From an uncultured Actinomycetota bacterium (GTDB lineage Bacteria > Actinomycetota > Actinomycetes > JAHEKZ01), in NCBI GenBank assembly GCA_963829525.1, contig CAWHIJ010000003.1:2016001-2080000 (forward strand): a stretch of DNA of 64,000 nucleotides. The letters are read 5' to 3'. Numbering within the stretch: the stretch's first letter is position 1; each line of letters opens with the position of its first letter. Positions 1 through 10,716 of this stretch are shown in pieces. The notes under the pieces are model-generated. The model was not told the origin of the DNA, did not search any database, and worked only from the letters and a program-made list of their open reading frames with translations. Made by a program: the position numbers and the translations under genes.

Positions 1-1
1 C

Positions 2-1231
2 CAGGCACTCGCCGACCTGACCCTCAGCCCAGAGCTTGCGGCATCCCTCTACGCCTTCGACCTCGTCCAGAAGCGCGCCAAGCGTCCGGTCGGAGTGCCC
101 GACGTCGACCCGCAGCCGGTCACGTTCGTCGGCGTCATTGGCGCCGGACTCATGGCCAGACAGCTGGGCGTACTCGTGGCGCAACGCATGGGCATCCCCG
201 TGCACCTGGTCGACGTCGATGACGCCGCCATCCAGCGGGCGCGCGACGCACTGACCGCAGACCTTGAGGGACGTGTCGCCAAGAAACGCCTCCGCCCGGA
301 CGCCGCCAGCAAGCTGCAGCAGCTGATAACGATCAGCACCGACCGAGCGCCGCTGGCCGATGCTGATCTCGTGATCGAGGCGGTCTTCGAGGATCTGGAC
401 CTCAAACGCCAGGTCTTTGCCGATCTCGAGCGGGTCGTGCGCCCTGACTGCGTCCTTGCCACCAACACCAGCTCGCTCCCGGTCTCGGCCATGGCTGCAG
501 GATTGCAGCACCCAGAGCGGGTCGTCGGGCTGCACTTCTTCAACCCGGTTGCCGTCATGCCACTGGTCGAGGTTGTGCGCGCGAAGTCTTCGAGCGACCA
601 GGCCCTCGCCACAGCATTCGCCGTCACCAAGCAGCTGAAGAAGTCGGGGGTCCTTGTCGTCGACTCCCCCGGCTTCGTCGTCAACCGCGTGCTGATCCGG
701 CTGCTCTCTGAGGTCATGCGGGCTGTCGACGACGGCACCGACTTCGCCACCGTTGACGCGAGCCTGGACCCCCTCGGCATGCCGATGTCACCGTTCGCCC
801 TGCTCGAGCTGGTCGGCACCGGAGTCGCCGCTCATGTCGTAGGTGCGATGCACCGCGCCTTTCCCGATCGGTTCGTCGCCTCCCCCACGCTGGATGCGCT
901 CGCCGCAGGTGGTTATCGAACGGTCTACGACACCGAAGTTGGTGCACCGGCCATCAACTCCGCGGTCGCGGGACTCGTCCCGACCAGCACGACGGCGCCA
1001 TCGGGTGACGAGGTTCGCGACCGCGTCCTTCGAGCACTCGCCGAGGAGATTGGCCTGATGCTCGACGAAGGAGTCGTCAGCGCCGCGGCCGACGTCGACC
1101 TCTGCATGGTGCTCGGCGCTGGCTGGCCTTTCTGGCTCGGTGGCATCACCCCGTATCTCGACCGATCAGGGATCGCCGAGGTAGCCCGCGGCAAGCGGTT
1201 CCACAGTGGGGCTCCAGACGCTACGAGCTGA
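2..1231 (+). CDS. 3-hydroxyacyl-CoA dehydrogenase (C-terminal part of FadB/FadJ-like multifunctional enzyme), 5'-truncated by window edge
   Basis: Frame open from base 2 (QALADLTLSPELAASLYAFDLVQKRAKRP). Rossmann GVIGAGLM, IEAVFE, ATNTSSL, GLHFFNP, PGFVVNR motifs. Confidence 0.93.
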   Translation, partial: QALADLTLSPELAASLYAFDLVQKRAKRPVGVPDVDPQPVTFVGVIGAGLMARQLGVLVAQRMGIPVHLVDVDDAAIQRARDALTADLEGRVAKKRLRPDAASKLQQLITISTDRAPLADADLVIEAVFEDLDLKRQVFADLERVVRPDCVLATNTSSLPVSAMAAGLQHPERVVGLHFFNPVAVMPLVEVVRAKSSSDQALATAFAVTKQLKKSGVLVVDSPGFVVNRVLIRLLSEVMRAVDDGTDFATVDASLDPLGMPMSPFALLELVGTGVAAHVVGAMHRAFPDRFVASPTLDALAAGGYRTVYDTEVGAPAINSAVAGLVPTSTTAPSGDEVRDRVLRALAEEIGLMLDEGVVSAAADVDLCMVLGAGWPFWLGGITPYLDRSGIAEVARGKRFHSGAPDATS

Positions 1232-2303
1232 CCCCGACCAGTCGCTCATCTGCTGACAGCTCGACCTTGGGCATCACGGTGTCTCCGAGGTCTTCTCGCC
1301 AGGCAGCGACATCACCGTCGCCCAGCGGCACCAGCAGCCACCCGTCGGGTCCGGGCATGGCCTGCTGCCCTGCCGTGGGTGACAGCTCCTCAACGACCTC
1401 GAGGTCGTCCGGTGCACCCACCGCGAGGGCGGTTCGTCCCGTCATGTCAGCCACGACGACCGCAACACCCTCGTCATCAGGTACCAGCCGTGGCGCTCCC
1501 ACCTCCCGCCAGCCAGTGGGAACTTCAACACCGGCTGACGCTCCCGTGACGACATCAACCATTGCCGTCGAACACCCGGAGGTGAGGCAACCGGTGGTCA
1601 CGAGCGCATGGCGGCCTGAGACCTCGCGGACGGCAATCACCCATCCCAGGTCACGGATCTGCTCCTGCAGCTGCGGGTCCCACAGGATCAACCGCCTGGC
1701 CCGAAACCCGCCCCGCACCGCAACCAGGCCATCGGCCGCCGCACCCACCACCTGCAGGTGCGGAGGAATGCTGAACACCTTCGACCGCCAGGTGCCGTAA
1801 GCACTGGCCAGCGCCACGCCGCCAGCAGCGGGAGGGTCGCCATTCACCACGAGCCAGACGGAGGTGCCGGACGCCGGCACCACAAGGTCAGCTTCGCCGA
1901 TCGGGTGTGGCGGTTCGTCCCCGATGAACCCGACGACCGAGTCTGCGAAGTCTTCGTCGTCGGACGGCTGCTGCACGACCACGCCAGTACCGACGACAGC
2001 GGCCTCCCGTACCACGCCAGACTGTCGAAGACGTGTGCTCGCCGCATCCGTGGCCGGCGTCCGTGCACCGCTGTCGACCTCCACCCAGGTGAGTCCCGAC
2101 GGACCGTCGACGAGTAGGCGCAGGCCCGTTGGCGGCGGACCGCTGCCCCAGGGGGCAACCTGGCCGAGCAACACCCCGGCCATCCCGACGACCAGAACGA
2201 CCACCACACCCCATCGCACCCAGCGTGGCGCCGACGGACTCCCAAACGTCCGGCTCAACCGCGACGGGCCGGCGTCCAGCACGTCCGAGTCGGTAAGCGT
2301 CAC
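1221..2303 (-). CDS. hypothetical membrane-anchored protein (N-terminal TM helix, beta-rich ectodomain)
   Basis: Long ORF with TM segment WGVVVVLVVGMAGVLLG. GTG at 2303 chosen because it follows the upstream stop at 2308-2310. Confidence 0.7.
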   Translation of the reverse strand: MTLTDSDVLDAGPSRLSRTFGSPSAPRWVRWGVVVVLVVGMAGVLLGQVAPWGSGPPPTGLRLLVDGPSGLTWVEVDSGARTPATDAASTRLRQSGVVREAAVVGTGVVVQQPSDDEDFADSVVGFIGDEPPHPIGEADLVVPASGTSVWLVVNGDPPAAGGVALASAYGTWRSKVFSIPPHLQVVGAAADGLVAVRGGFRARRLILWDPQLQEQIRDLGWVIAVREVSGRHALVTTGCLTSGCSTAMVDVVTGASAGVEVPTGWREVGAPRLVPDDEGVAVVVADMTGRTALAVGAPDDLEVVEELSPTAGQQAMPGPDGWLLVPLGDGDVAAWREDLGDTVMPKVELSADERLVGVSS

Positions 2304-2307
2304 GGGT

Positions 2308-2586
2308 TCACAGTGGGGGGTCCGATCCAAGTCGGCAACCGCTGGGTCCCCTCAGACTCTGGCCCGCGGAGTCGAGTCTCATGTAGTCGAGACGAACCAG
2401 TGGATGCTTGCCGAGCCAGATCCGGTGTGTCGTGCGTAGCACCTCTCCCTTGTCCACAAAGACCACGAATGTCTCGTGCAGCGGCACGCGCGCTGCCCAG
2501 TCGTCACCTTGCCCTCTGACCACGACGTAGGTTCCTTCAGCGCCGAAGGCTCCCGTGAGAGCACCACGACACCCTGGCACCCACAT
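2308..2586 (-). CDS. small hypothetical protein
   Basis: Fills the gap, ends 4 nt before the next gene, protein-like composition (VPLHETFVVFVDKGEVLRTTHRIWLG). Start uncertain (2586 or 2610). Confidence 0.5.
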   Translation of the reverse strand: MWVPGCRGALTGAFGAEGTYVVVRGQGDDWAARVPLHETFVVFVDKGEVLRTTHRIWLGKHPLVRLDYMRLDSAGQSLRGPSGCRLGSDPPL

Positions 2587-2721
2587 GGCTCTCGGTAGTC
2601 GTGGTTGCACGGGCGGTCACCGTCAGCGGCAGAAGGGTGGCGGCAGCTCCGAGTCTCGGCGGCCGCGGAGCGGAGCGTCTACCGTCGGCAGGTGGACTCC
2701 CTTCGCCCTGCACCTGGTCTG

Positions 2722-3549
2722 GTGCAGACGGTCGCCCTGCGGCGAACGGTGCTGGCTGTCTCGGTGCTCGACAACGTCGACCTCCTACCAGGCGATGTGT
2801 CGGTCACTCTGCAGGGGGACCACCCTGACCTCGCACTCGCCTGGGATGAGATTGCCCTCGCACTCGGCGACAGCGACCCGGACTCAGACATCGCTCGTCG
2901 GCGACTACGGATTTGGGTGAAGCTGCGGGCCGGATTGGCGCGTATTGCAGATCCCGAGACGATGGCCCGACCTGTTGGCCTTCCCATTGGGCACGCCCTA
3001 CACCCAGGGCGAGCGTGGGTTCGCGCCAGCGTTCCCGGAGAGGCCCTCGACCTCGGTCTGGGGCTCCTCGGGTTGCTCGGCGACCCGGACGAAGTCGTGG
3101 TCACCCCACCGACCCTGTTCCATGCAGCGGGAATCGACGCCGATCCGTGGTGGCCCGCTCAGGTCCGCGAGCTCGAGCGCACCGGGAGGCTCGCTGCCGA
3201 ACGCCTGCTGCGCGATGAGACTTCGCCCCTGCGTCCCTTCGGCGATCTCGACGTCCTGACGCTGCTCTGCTCAACTGCCTTCCGCGCCGCGATCTGCGAC
3301 GCCGATCCGGTCGGCTGGCGCACGGCCGCGGTACCGATGCGTACTCGCGGCTGGCTCGACCTCGCGCGGATCGACCCGGCTTTCGCCGCTGCGGCCGCCT
3401 TGGCCACGAACCCGGACGAGCGTGGATTCGACCGAGCGGTGCTCGTGACGCCAGAAGAGGTGGTCATGGTGGGAGCTGGTGGGCGCTCGGCCCGTCACGC
3501 CCTCCAGGATCCGCCGGCGAGCATGGACCCCTGGCTTCGCGGTCGATAG
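2722..3549 (+). CDS. hypothetical protein
   Basis: ORF 2605-3549 with globular composition from VQTVALRRTVLAVSVL. Convergent with dxs. Start uncertain. Confidence 0.7.
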   Translation: MQTVALRRTVLAVSVLDNVDLLPGDVSVTLQGDHPDLALAWDEIALALGDSDPDSDIARRRLRIWVKLRAGLARIADPETMARPVGLPIGHALHPGRAWVRASVPGEALDLGLGLLGLLGDPDEVVVTPPTLFHAAGIDADPWWPAQVRELERTGRLAAERLLRDETSPLRPFGDLDVLTLLCSTAFRAAICDADPVGWRTAAVPMRTRGWLDLARIDPAFAAAAALATNPDERGFDRAVLVTPEEVVMVGAGGRSARHALQDPPASMDPWLRGR

Positions 3550-3552
3550 ACC

Positions 3553-5490
3553 CTACGGCCGGCGTCGGTCATCGAGGGACGTCGGAGCCTGCGGCTCGGC
3601 ATCCTCGCTGAGGGCAAGCGGTGAGAGCCCACTGACCCGCTCGACGACAGCGCGGGCAACTTGCTGAGCCGTCAGACCAGCTGTGGCCAGCACCTCGGCG
3701 CGTGTCCCGTGGTCGAGGAAACGACGCGGCAGCCCGACAATGTGGACGGGCGTGGCAATCTCGGCATCTTGCAGAGCTTGGCTGAACGTGGCGCCGACGC
3801 CGCCAACGCGCAAGTTGTCCTCGACCGTGACGACAAGCCGGAAGTCCGCAGCCAGCCTCACCAGCTCGGTGCAGATGGGACGTACCCATCGTGGATCGAC
3901 GACCGTGACGCCGATTCCCTGGTCACCGAGACGCTCAGCGACCTCGAGCGCGCATCCGACCATGGAGCCAACGGCCACGATAAGGACGTCCGGTTCCCCG
4001 GACCGATGCAGGACATCGGCACGGCCAACGTGGTCGATGGCCTCGACTTCGGGCGGCAACGCTCCCTTGGCGAAACGCACCAGGGTTGGCCCGTCCGCTA
4101 CGGCAACTGCCTCTGTGAAGAGTTCGCGGAGCCGCCGACCGTCGCGCGGGGCTGCGATCTGCAACCCAGGGACAGTCTGGAAGATCGAAAGGTCCCACAT
4201 ACCGTTGTGGGACGCACCGTCGTCGCCGGTGACGCCAGCGCGATCGAGAACGAAGGTAACCGGCGCCTTGTGCAGGGCGACGTCCATCAAAACCTGGTCG
4301 TAGGCGCGGTTCATGAACGTGGCGTACACCGCAACCACCGGATGCATACCGGCAAAGGCAAGACCGGCAGCCGAGGTGACCGCGTGTTGCTCAGCGATGC
4401 CAACGTCGTAAACGCGCTCGGGGAACGCCTCGGCAAAGGCGCGAAGGCCCACTGGCTGGAGCATCGCGGCAGTGATGGCAACCACGTCGTCACGCTTCTT
4501 CGCAACTTCGACGATCGTGTCAGAGAAGACCCCGGTCCAGGTCGGGCCGGATGCCGTTATCGCGCGTCCGGTCTCAGGGTCGATCACGCCAACCCCGTGG
4601 AAGCGGTCGGCATCATCGTTCTCAGCCGGGGCGTAACCAAGGCCCTTGCGGGTGAGCGCATGCACGATGACTGGCCCGCGGAATGCCTTGGCCCGGCGCA
4701 GCGCGTGTTCGAGCTGGACGACATCGTGGCCGTCGACAGGTCCGACGTACTTGAGGCCGAGGTCTTCGAAGAGCCCTTGCGGGGCGACCATGTCCTTGAG
4801 GCCCTTCTTCATCCCGTGCAGGGTGTCGAAGAGGGGCTGGCCGACGACAGGAGTGCGGCCGAGCATCGTGCGTCCCCAGCCGAGGAACTTCTCGTAGCCT
4901 CGGGTCGTCCGCAGCGTCGCCAGGTGGTGCGCCAGACCACCAATGGTCGGTGCGTACGAGCGCTCGTTGTCGTTGACCACGATGACAACAGGCCGGTCTG
5001 GGGCGGCCGCAAGATTGTTGAGCGCCTCCCAGGCCATGCCCCCGGTAAGGGCGCCGTCGCCGACAACGGCGACGACTGTCCGGCTCAACTCACCCTTCAA
5101 CGCCAAGCCCTTGGCGATGCCATCGGCGTACGACAGGGCCGTGGATGCATGGGAGTTCTCGATGACGTCGTGCTCGGACTCAGCACGTGACGGATACCCC
5201 GAGATTCCGTCGCGCTTGCGCAAGGTGGCGAAGTCCTGGCGGCCGGTAAGCAGCTTGTGGACGTAGGCCTGGTGACCGGTGTCCCAGAGCAGGACGTCAC
5301 GTGGGCTGTCGAAAACCCGGTGAAGGGCGATGGTCAGCTCGACGACACCGAGGTTGGGACCGAGGTGCCCCCCGGTGCGAGAGACGTTCTCGACGAGAAA
5401 GTCACGGATCTCAGCCGCCAGTGGCCCAAGCTCGTCCTGATCGAGCGCCTGCACATCGGCTGGCGCAACGATCTGCGAGAGCAGCGACAT
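3553..5490 (-). CDS. dxs: 1-deoxy-D-xylulose-5-phosphate synthase
   Basis: [41 protein letters not shown] (TPP motif), [24 protein letters not shown] before ATG 5490. Confidence 0.98.
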   Translation of the reverse strand: MSLLSQIVAPADVQALDQDELGPLAAEIRDFLVENVSRTGGHLGPNLGVVELTIALHRVFDSPRDVLLWDTGHQAYVHKLLTGRQDFATLRKRDGISGYPSRAESEHDVIENSHASTALSYADGIAKGLALKGELSRTVVAVVGDGALTGGMAWEALNNLAAAPDRPVVIVVNDNERSYAPTIGGLAHHLATLRTTRGYEKFLGWGRTMLGRTPVVGQPLFDTLHGMKKGLKDMVAPQGLFEDLGLKYVGPVDGHDVVQLEHALRRAKAFRGPVIVHALTRKGLGYAPAENDDADRFHGVGVIDPETGRAITASGPTWTGVFSDTIVEVAKKRDDVVAITAAMLQPVGLRAFAEAFPERVYDVGIAEQHAVTSAAGLAFAGMHPVVAVYATFMNRAYDQVLMDVALHKAPVTFVLDRAGVTGDDGASHNGMWDLSIFQTVPGLQIAAPRDGRRLRELFTEAVAVADGPTLVRFAKGALPPEVEAIDHVGRADVLHRSGEPDVLIVAVGSMVGCALEVAERLGDQGIGVTVVDPRWVRPICTELVRLAADFRLVVTVEDNLRVGGVGATFSQALQDAEIATPVHIVGLPRRFLDHGTRAEVLATAGLTAQQVARAVVERVSGLSPLALSEDAEPQAPTSLDDRRRP

Positions 5491-5596
5491 CTGTAGCGCC
5501 CCTCCCGGCCAGGACATGGTGAGGGTCTGCCTCGTTGGCTGACCCAGGCCTTCAGTCTAGGGCTGCGCGTCGACTACGGCGCGCCATCAGCACCGA

Positions 5597-5971
5597 TCAC
5601 ATACGGGGAACGAACGACTCGCCGCGCAGGGCACGGTTGACAAGGTCGACCTCTCGTCGCCTGGCCAGCAGGGCGGCTCCTTCGCGCTCGAGCGCCTGCA
5701 GCATCTCAGCCACAACCTCGGGCGTGGCGTCCTCGCGCAGTTCGGCCCTGGCCCTGGAGTAGGCAGTGCGCGCCGACTGCAGCTGAGCCTCGACCAGGGC
5801 CTGGACCCGCCAGGCCAGCAACCGAGGCTGCCGGGCGTAGAGCGGCTCGGTACGGAAGTCGCCGGGAGCCAGATCGAGCAGGTAGGCGACCGCCCGCGGC
5901 TCCCAGCCCTCGGCACCGGGGGGCGGGACTGACTTAGGCCACCCGGGAGGGGTGCGGATCTGCGCGGTCAC
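5597..5971 (-). CDS. conserved actinobacterial hypothetical protein
   Basis: PPGWPKSVPPPGAEGWE...LLDLAP N-terminus followed by a helical C-terminus. Start uncertain. Confidence 0.7.
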   Translation of the reverse strand: MTAQIRTPPGWPKSVPPPGAEGWEPRAVAYLLDLAPGDFRTEPLYARQPRLLAWRVQALVEAQLQSARTAYSRARAELREDATPEVVAEMLQALEREGAALLARRREVDLVNRALRGESFVPRM

Positions 5972-6100
5972 GGGCCGAGCCTGGCATGCCCCACCCACAG
6001 CCCGCCGAACCTCCCCCCGCCTGCCACAGAGCCCGCCGAGTGTCCGCGACCGCGGTTGGCCCCTGCGATACTTCTCCTCATGGCGGCTTGGGCAATAGGC

Positions 6101-6529
6101 ATGAAGGCACTCATCAAGTGGGGACCAGTCGTCTTTGCGGCCGGCAAGAAGGCACTGCCCTACCTCAAGGACAACCCGGCCGCGCAGCGGTTCGTCTCGT
6201 CGATGGCCGAGCAGACGGCGGCTCTCCCCGCAAAGCTGAGCACCGAGGGACGCGTGAAACGCAAGATCAACGCTGTGCAGATCTCCTTGGCCGAGGCTGC
6301 TGCGGTCGGCGTCGATCCGCTGGCCTACGCACGGTGGCGTGAAGAGCTCGACGAGATGTCGCGCACGGTCGTCCTGTCACGGGCAGCCGGCCGACCGCAG
6401 CGCCGCCTGCTGCTCAAGAGGTGCGAGCGGCGTCTGGACGCCCTGGTCGCCGAGATCCTCCCCCAGCTCACGCGGCGGCGTCCAGCTCCGCCGCCTGAGC
6501 TGCCGCCTTATTCCCCCCAGTCGCGCTAA
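6101..6529 (+). CDS. hypothetical protein
   Basis: ATG at 6101 (MKALIKWGPVVFAAGKKALPY), typical GC3-rich codons, fills the gap. Confidence 0.65.
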   Translation: MKALIKWGPVVFAAGKKALPYLKDNPAAQRFVSSMAEQTAALPAKLSTEGRVKRKINAVQISLAEAAAVGVDPLAYARWREELDEMSRTVVLSRAAGRPQRRLLLKRCERRLDALVAEILPQLTRRRPAPPPELPPYSPQSR

Positions 6530-6581
6530 GTCCAGCGCATCCACCCACCGACCTGTGGCGCGCCGTCCATGACGTCAGCTG

Positions 6582-9398
6582 TCAGGGCAGCAGGGATCGA
6601 AGCACGTAGCGCAAGATGCCGCCGTTGCGGTAGTAGTCGGCCTCACCGGGTGTGTCGATCCGAAGGCGCGCATCGAACAAGACCACCGAGCCGTCCGGAC
6701 GGGTGGCGGTCACCGCGACGGTCGCAGGAGTGACGCCGTCGTTGAGCGCGGTGACCCCACTGATGTCGAACCTCTCGTCACCGGCCAGACCGAGAGACGC
6801 CGCGCTCTGCCCGTCGGGGAACTGCAGTGGCAGCACGCCCATTCCGATCAGATTGCTGCGGTGAATACGCTCGTACGACTCGGCGATCACTGCCACGACG
6901 CCGAGCAGCGCCGTACCCTTCGCCGCCCAGTCGCGCGATGAGCCCGACCCGTACTCCTTGCCGGCAAGGACCACGAGCGGGACACCTGCGTCGCGGTAGG
7001 CCTCAGCGGCTTCGTAGATCGGCACGACCGAACGTGACTCGTCGAGAAGGTCTGCGGTGAATCCGCCCTCACGCCCGCCGGCCAATGCGTTACGGAGCCG
7101 GATGTTGGCGAACGTGCCGCGGATCATCACCTCGTGGTTACCGCGGCGCGAGCCGTACGAGTTGAAGTCGCGTGGTGCCACCCCCTGCTCCGCGAGGTAG
7201 CGGCCAGCAGGGCTGTCGACCTTGATGGCTCCGGCCGGTGAGATGTGGTCGGTCGTCACCGAGTCACCGAGCAGCGCCAGTACGCGCGCACCGAAAACGT
7301 CGGCGACCGGGGTGGGTTCCCGCCGCATGCCGTCGAAGTAAGGCGGCTTACGCACGTACGTCGACTCTGGCTGCCAGGCGAACGTGCTTCCGGTCGGTGT
7401 CGGAAGCCCTTTCCAGTGCTCGTCACCGGCGAAGACGTCGGAGTACTCCCTGGTGAAGGTCTCGCTCGCGATCGCACCGTCGATGACCTCTTGGATGAGA
7501 GCGGCCGACGGCCACAGATCGCTCAAGAAAACCGGTCGACCGTGTGTGTCGGTACCGAGCGGCTCACTGGTGATGTCGATATCCATCGATCCGGCGAGTG
7601 CATAGGCGACAACCAGTGGCGGGGACGCCAGGTAGTTCATCTTCACGTCGGGGTTGATGCGCCCCTCAAAGTTGCGATTTCCGGACAGGACCGAAGTCAC
7701 TGCAAGGTCGTGCTCGTTCACCGCGGCCGAAACCTCAGGGATCAACGGCCCCGAGTTTCCGATACACGTGGTGCAGCCGTATCCGACAAGGTTGAATCCG
7801 AGCTTGTCCAGGTAGGGCGTGAGGCCGGCTCGGTCGTAGTAGTCCATGACCACCTTCGACCCGGGGGCGAGCGTTGTCTTGACCCACGGTTTGCGCTGCA
7901 GCCCACGTTCGACGGCTGCCTTGGCAACCAGTGCGGCGGCGATCATCACCGAAGGGTTCGACGTGTTGGTACAGGACGTGATCGCGGCAATCACAACGGC
8001 ACCGTGGTCGAGCTCAAAGCGCGTCCCATCCGCCAGCGCTACTGCAACAGGGCGTCGCGTGCGACCGTCGGCCAGCGCTGTCTCGGGCTGGTGCTCTTGC
8101 CCGTTCGGGGGCAGTGCCGGCACATCCGATGCCGGGAAGGACTCCGCCAGGGACTCGTCTACTGCGGTCACGACGGAGCCCTGCTCGTCGTGCGCAACGT
8201 AGTCGTTCACCGCAGCCCGAAATGCGCGCTTGGCATCGGACAGATTGATGCGGTCCTGCGGCCGCTTGGGGCCGGCGATCGAGGGCACGACGGTACCGAG
8301 ATCGAGCTCGAGGTACTCCGAGTAAGAAGCCTCCTGCGCGCCGTCAGCATCCGGGTCGTGCCAAAGACCCTGCGTCTTGGCGTAGGCCTCGACGAGGGCG
8401 ACCTGCTGCTCGGATCGTCCGGTGAACTGCAGGTACCGGATGGTCTCGGCGTCAATCGGAAAGACGGCAATGGTAGAGCCGTACTCGGGGCTCATGTTGC
8501 CGATCGTGGCGCGGTTGGCCAACGGAACCTCGGCAACGCCCGGCCCGTAGAACTCGACGAACTTTCCGACCACGCCGTGAGCCCGCAGCTGTTCGGTGAT
8601 GGTGAGGACGAGGTCGGTCGCCGTGACGCCGTCTGCAGGCCTACCGTGCAGCTTGAACCCGACCACACCTGGAATGAGCATCGAGACCGACTGGCCGAGC
8701 ATGGCGGCTTCGGCCTCAATGCCGCCAACACCCCAACCGACCACACCGAGGCCGTTGACCATCGTGGTGTGAGAGTCGGTTCCGACCACGGTGTCGGGGT
8801 AGGCGCGGCCATCGTCGACCATGACGACACGAGCGAGGTGTTCGATGTTGACCTGGTGCACGATGCCAGTGCCAGGCGGAACCACCTTGAACTGGTCGAA
8901 GGCGCCCTGTCCCCAGCGCAGAAACTGGTAGCGCTCGCGGTTGCGCTCGTACTCCAGCTCGACGTTGCGGGCGAACGAGTCGGAGCGCCCGAAGACATCG
9001 GCGATGACCGAGTGGTCGATGACGAGCTCAGCAGGCGCCAAGGGGTTGATCAAAGATGGGTCCCCGCCCAGCTCCAGGACGGCCTCACGCATAGTCGCGA
9101 GATCGACGACGGCTGGGACGCCGGTGAAGTCCTGCATGATGACGCGGCCCGGCGTGAACTGAATCTCGGTGTGGGGCTGTTCAGCGGGGTCCCACGAGCC
9201 GATGGACCGGATCTGAGCCTCAGTGACGTTGGCCCCGTCTTCGGTCCGCAGCAGGTTCTCGAGCAACACCCTGAGGCTAAACGGCAACCGCTCTGACCCG
9301 GGCACGGCGTCGACCCGGAAGATCTCGTAGCTCGTATCGCCGACCTGAAGGGTGCTGCGCGACCTGAGACTGTCGGGGTTGCTGAGGGGTGACGGCAC
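6582..9398 (-). CDS. acnA: aconitate hydratase A
   Basis: [75 protein letters not shown] before GTG 9398. Confidence 0.98.
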   Translation of the reverse strand: MPSPLSNPDSLRSRSTLQVGDTSYEIFRVDAVPGSERLPFSLRVLLENLLRTEDGANVTEAQIRSIGSWDPAEQPHTEIQFTPGRVIMQDFTGVPAVVDLATMREAVLELGGDPSLINPLAPAELVIDHSVIADVFGRSDSFARNVELEYERNRERYQFLRWGQGAFDQFKVVPPGTGIVHQVNIEHLARVVMVDDGRAYPDTVVGTDSHTTMVNGLGVVGWGVGGIEAEAAMLGQSVSMLIPGVVGFKLHGRPADGVTATDLVLTITEQLRAHGVVGKFVEFYGPGVAEVPLANRATIGNMSPEYGSTIAVFPIDAETIRYLQFTGRSEQQVALVEAYAKTQGLWHDPDADGAQEASYSEYLELDLGTVVPSIAGPKRPQDRINLSDAKRAFRAAVNDYVAHDEQGSVVTAVDESLAESFPASDVPALPPNGQEHQPETALADGRTRRPVAVALADGTRFELDHGAVVIAAITSCTNTSNPSVMIAAALVAKAAVERGLQRKPWVKTTLAPGSKVVMDYYDRAGLTPYLDKLGFNLVGYGCTTCIGNSGPLIPEVSAAVNEHDLAVTSVLSGNRNFEGRINPDVKMNYLASPPLVVAYALAGSMDIDITSEPLGTDTHGRPVFLSDLWPSAALIQEVIDGAIASETFTREYSDVFAGDEHWKGLPTPTGSTFAWQPESTYVRKPPYFDGMRREPTPVADVFGARVLALLGDSVTTDHISPAGAIKVDSPAGRYLAEQGVAPRDFNSYGSRRGNHEVMIRGTFANIRLRNALAGGREGGFTADLLDESRSVVPIYEAAEAYRDAGVPLVVLAGKEYGSGSSRDWAAKGTALLGVVAVIAESYERIHRSNLIGMGVLPLQFPDGQSAASLGLAGDERFDISGVTALNDGVTPATVAVTATRPDGSVVLFDARLRIDTPGEADYYRNGGILRYVLRSLLP

Positions 9399-9493
9399 CA
9401 GGTGCTCCTCGTCAGGCGGAGGTGGGCAAGGCTTGCGCTCGGTCGTGCAGGGCGGTGCGGGATCGCACAGGAGTTGATCCTGCCCGATGGGAT

Positions 9494-9513
9494 TTATCTT
9501 GACATCAAGATAA
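9494..9513. promoter_or_regulatory. palindromic operator upstream of acnA (TamR/UrtR-type MarR box candidate)
   Basis: TTATCTTGA-CA-TCAAGATAA, a perfect 9-2-9 AT-rich inverted repeat about 95 bp upstream of the acnA start. Confidence 0.75.
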
Positions 9514-10716
9514 CACGAACAGGGCGACCGACTCCACATGGTGGGTCATCGGGAAGAGGTCGAAGGCTCGCAGCGACTGAAGGCGGTAGCCGAACTCGGC
9601 GAGGTAGGCCACATCGCGCCCGAGGGCTGCTGGGTCACACGCCACGTAGACCACAGCGCGCGGACGCCAGGCAGCCACTGGTTGGAGCACTGCGCGCTTG
9701 GCCCCCACACGCGGCGGGTCGAGCACCACGACATCGGGCCGCAGGGCGGCCTGGTCGATCACGAAGCGCTCAACAGCCACCGGGTGGACCTGCGCCAAGG
9801 GAAGATCTGCCAGATTCACCTCGGCATCAGAAGCGGCGGACCGGTGGCCCTCCACGACGTCAACGCGCCCTCCGGTGCGACTGCCCCACACGCCCGCAAA
9901 GAGCCCGACACCTCCGTAGAGGTCGACCAGGTGTTCACCAGGAAGCGGCTGTGCCATGTCCATCACGGCACCGACCAGGGCATCCGCCGCCCCTGGATGA
10001 ACCTGCCAGAAGCCCCCAGACGACACTTGCCACGACCGTCCTGCAGCCTTGCGTTCCAGCGCCTCCCGGCCACGGGCCGGGCCCACCTGGACCGACCGCT
10101 CCTCGGTCTCCGGCGACACCGTCACCGACACTTCCTGAACGCCGGGCCACTGCGTCGTCGTGATCTCCTCGACGTCGACCAGCGGATGAGCAATCACGCA
10201 GTCGTCGATCGGGATGACCTCGTGTGACCGGTGGCGAACCAGACCAGCCCTGCCTGCGGCGTCGACAGCAAACCGGACCCGCGTCCGCCACCTCAGCCCG
10301 GGAAGACCAAGGTCGGTGTCCGGCAGCGCCTCAACCTCCCCTGACCAGTCGATGTCCGGCCAGTTGACCTTGCCCAGCCGCGTGAGCTGCTCGCGGACGA
10401 CCTGTGCCTTCAGTCGACGTTGCTCATCGACCGCAACGTGCTGGAAGTCACAGCCACCACAACTGCCGGCGAACCGGCACGGCGGGTCAACTCGGAACTC
10501 CGACGGCCGGGCGATCTCGATCACCTCGGCGCGAAGGTAGCGCCCCTTGGGACCCTCCTCGGTGACGCGCACCTGTACCCGCTCGTTCGGGAGCACATGT
10601 CGGACGAAGAGCACCCGGCCCTCATGCCGGGCAACACAGTGACCGCCGTGCGCCACCGGACCGACGGTGACCGTGACAACATCACCGACCTGCAGCGTGG
10701 TCGGTTCGTGGGTCAC
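9505..10716 (-). CDS. TRAM-domain class I SAM-dependent RNA (uracil-5) methyltransferase, TrmA/RlmD family
   Basis: N-terminal TRAM domain, [10 protein letters not shown] Fe-S motif, [35 protein letters not shown]. Confidence 0.93.
   Translation of the reverse strand: MTHEPTTLQVGDVVTVTVGPVAHGGHCVARHEGRVLFVRHVLPNERVQVRVTEEGPKGRYLRAEVIEIARPSEFRVDPPCRFAGSCGGCDFQHVAVDEQRRLKAQVVREQLTRLGKVNWPDIDWSGEVEALPDTDLGLPGLRWRTRVRFAVDAAGRAGLVRHRSHEVIPIDDCVIAHPLVDVEEITTTQWPGVQEVSVTVSPETEERSVQVGPARGREALERKAAGRSWQVSSGGFWQVHPGAADALVGAVMDMAQPLPGEHLVDLYGGVGLFAGVWGSRTGGRVDVVEGHRSAASDAEVNLADLPLAQVHPVAVERFVIDQAALRPDVVVLDPPRVGAKRAVLQPVAAWRPRAVVYVACDPAALGRDVAYLAEFGYRLQSLRAFDLFPMTHHVESVALFVLS

Noticed and set aside
3661-5190. 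509-aa + strand ORF
   Set aside because: Antisense shadow of dxs caused by high-GC codon bias, with no recognisable motifs.
7245-9296. 683-aa + strand ORF
   Set aside because: Antisense shadow of acnA. The same applies to 10908-11972, 37855-38976 and 59036-60160.
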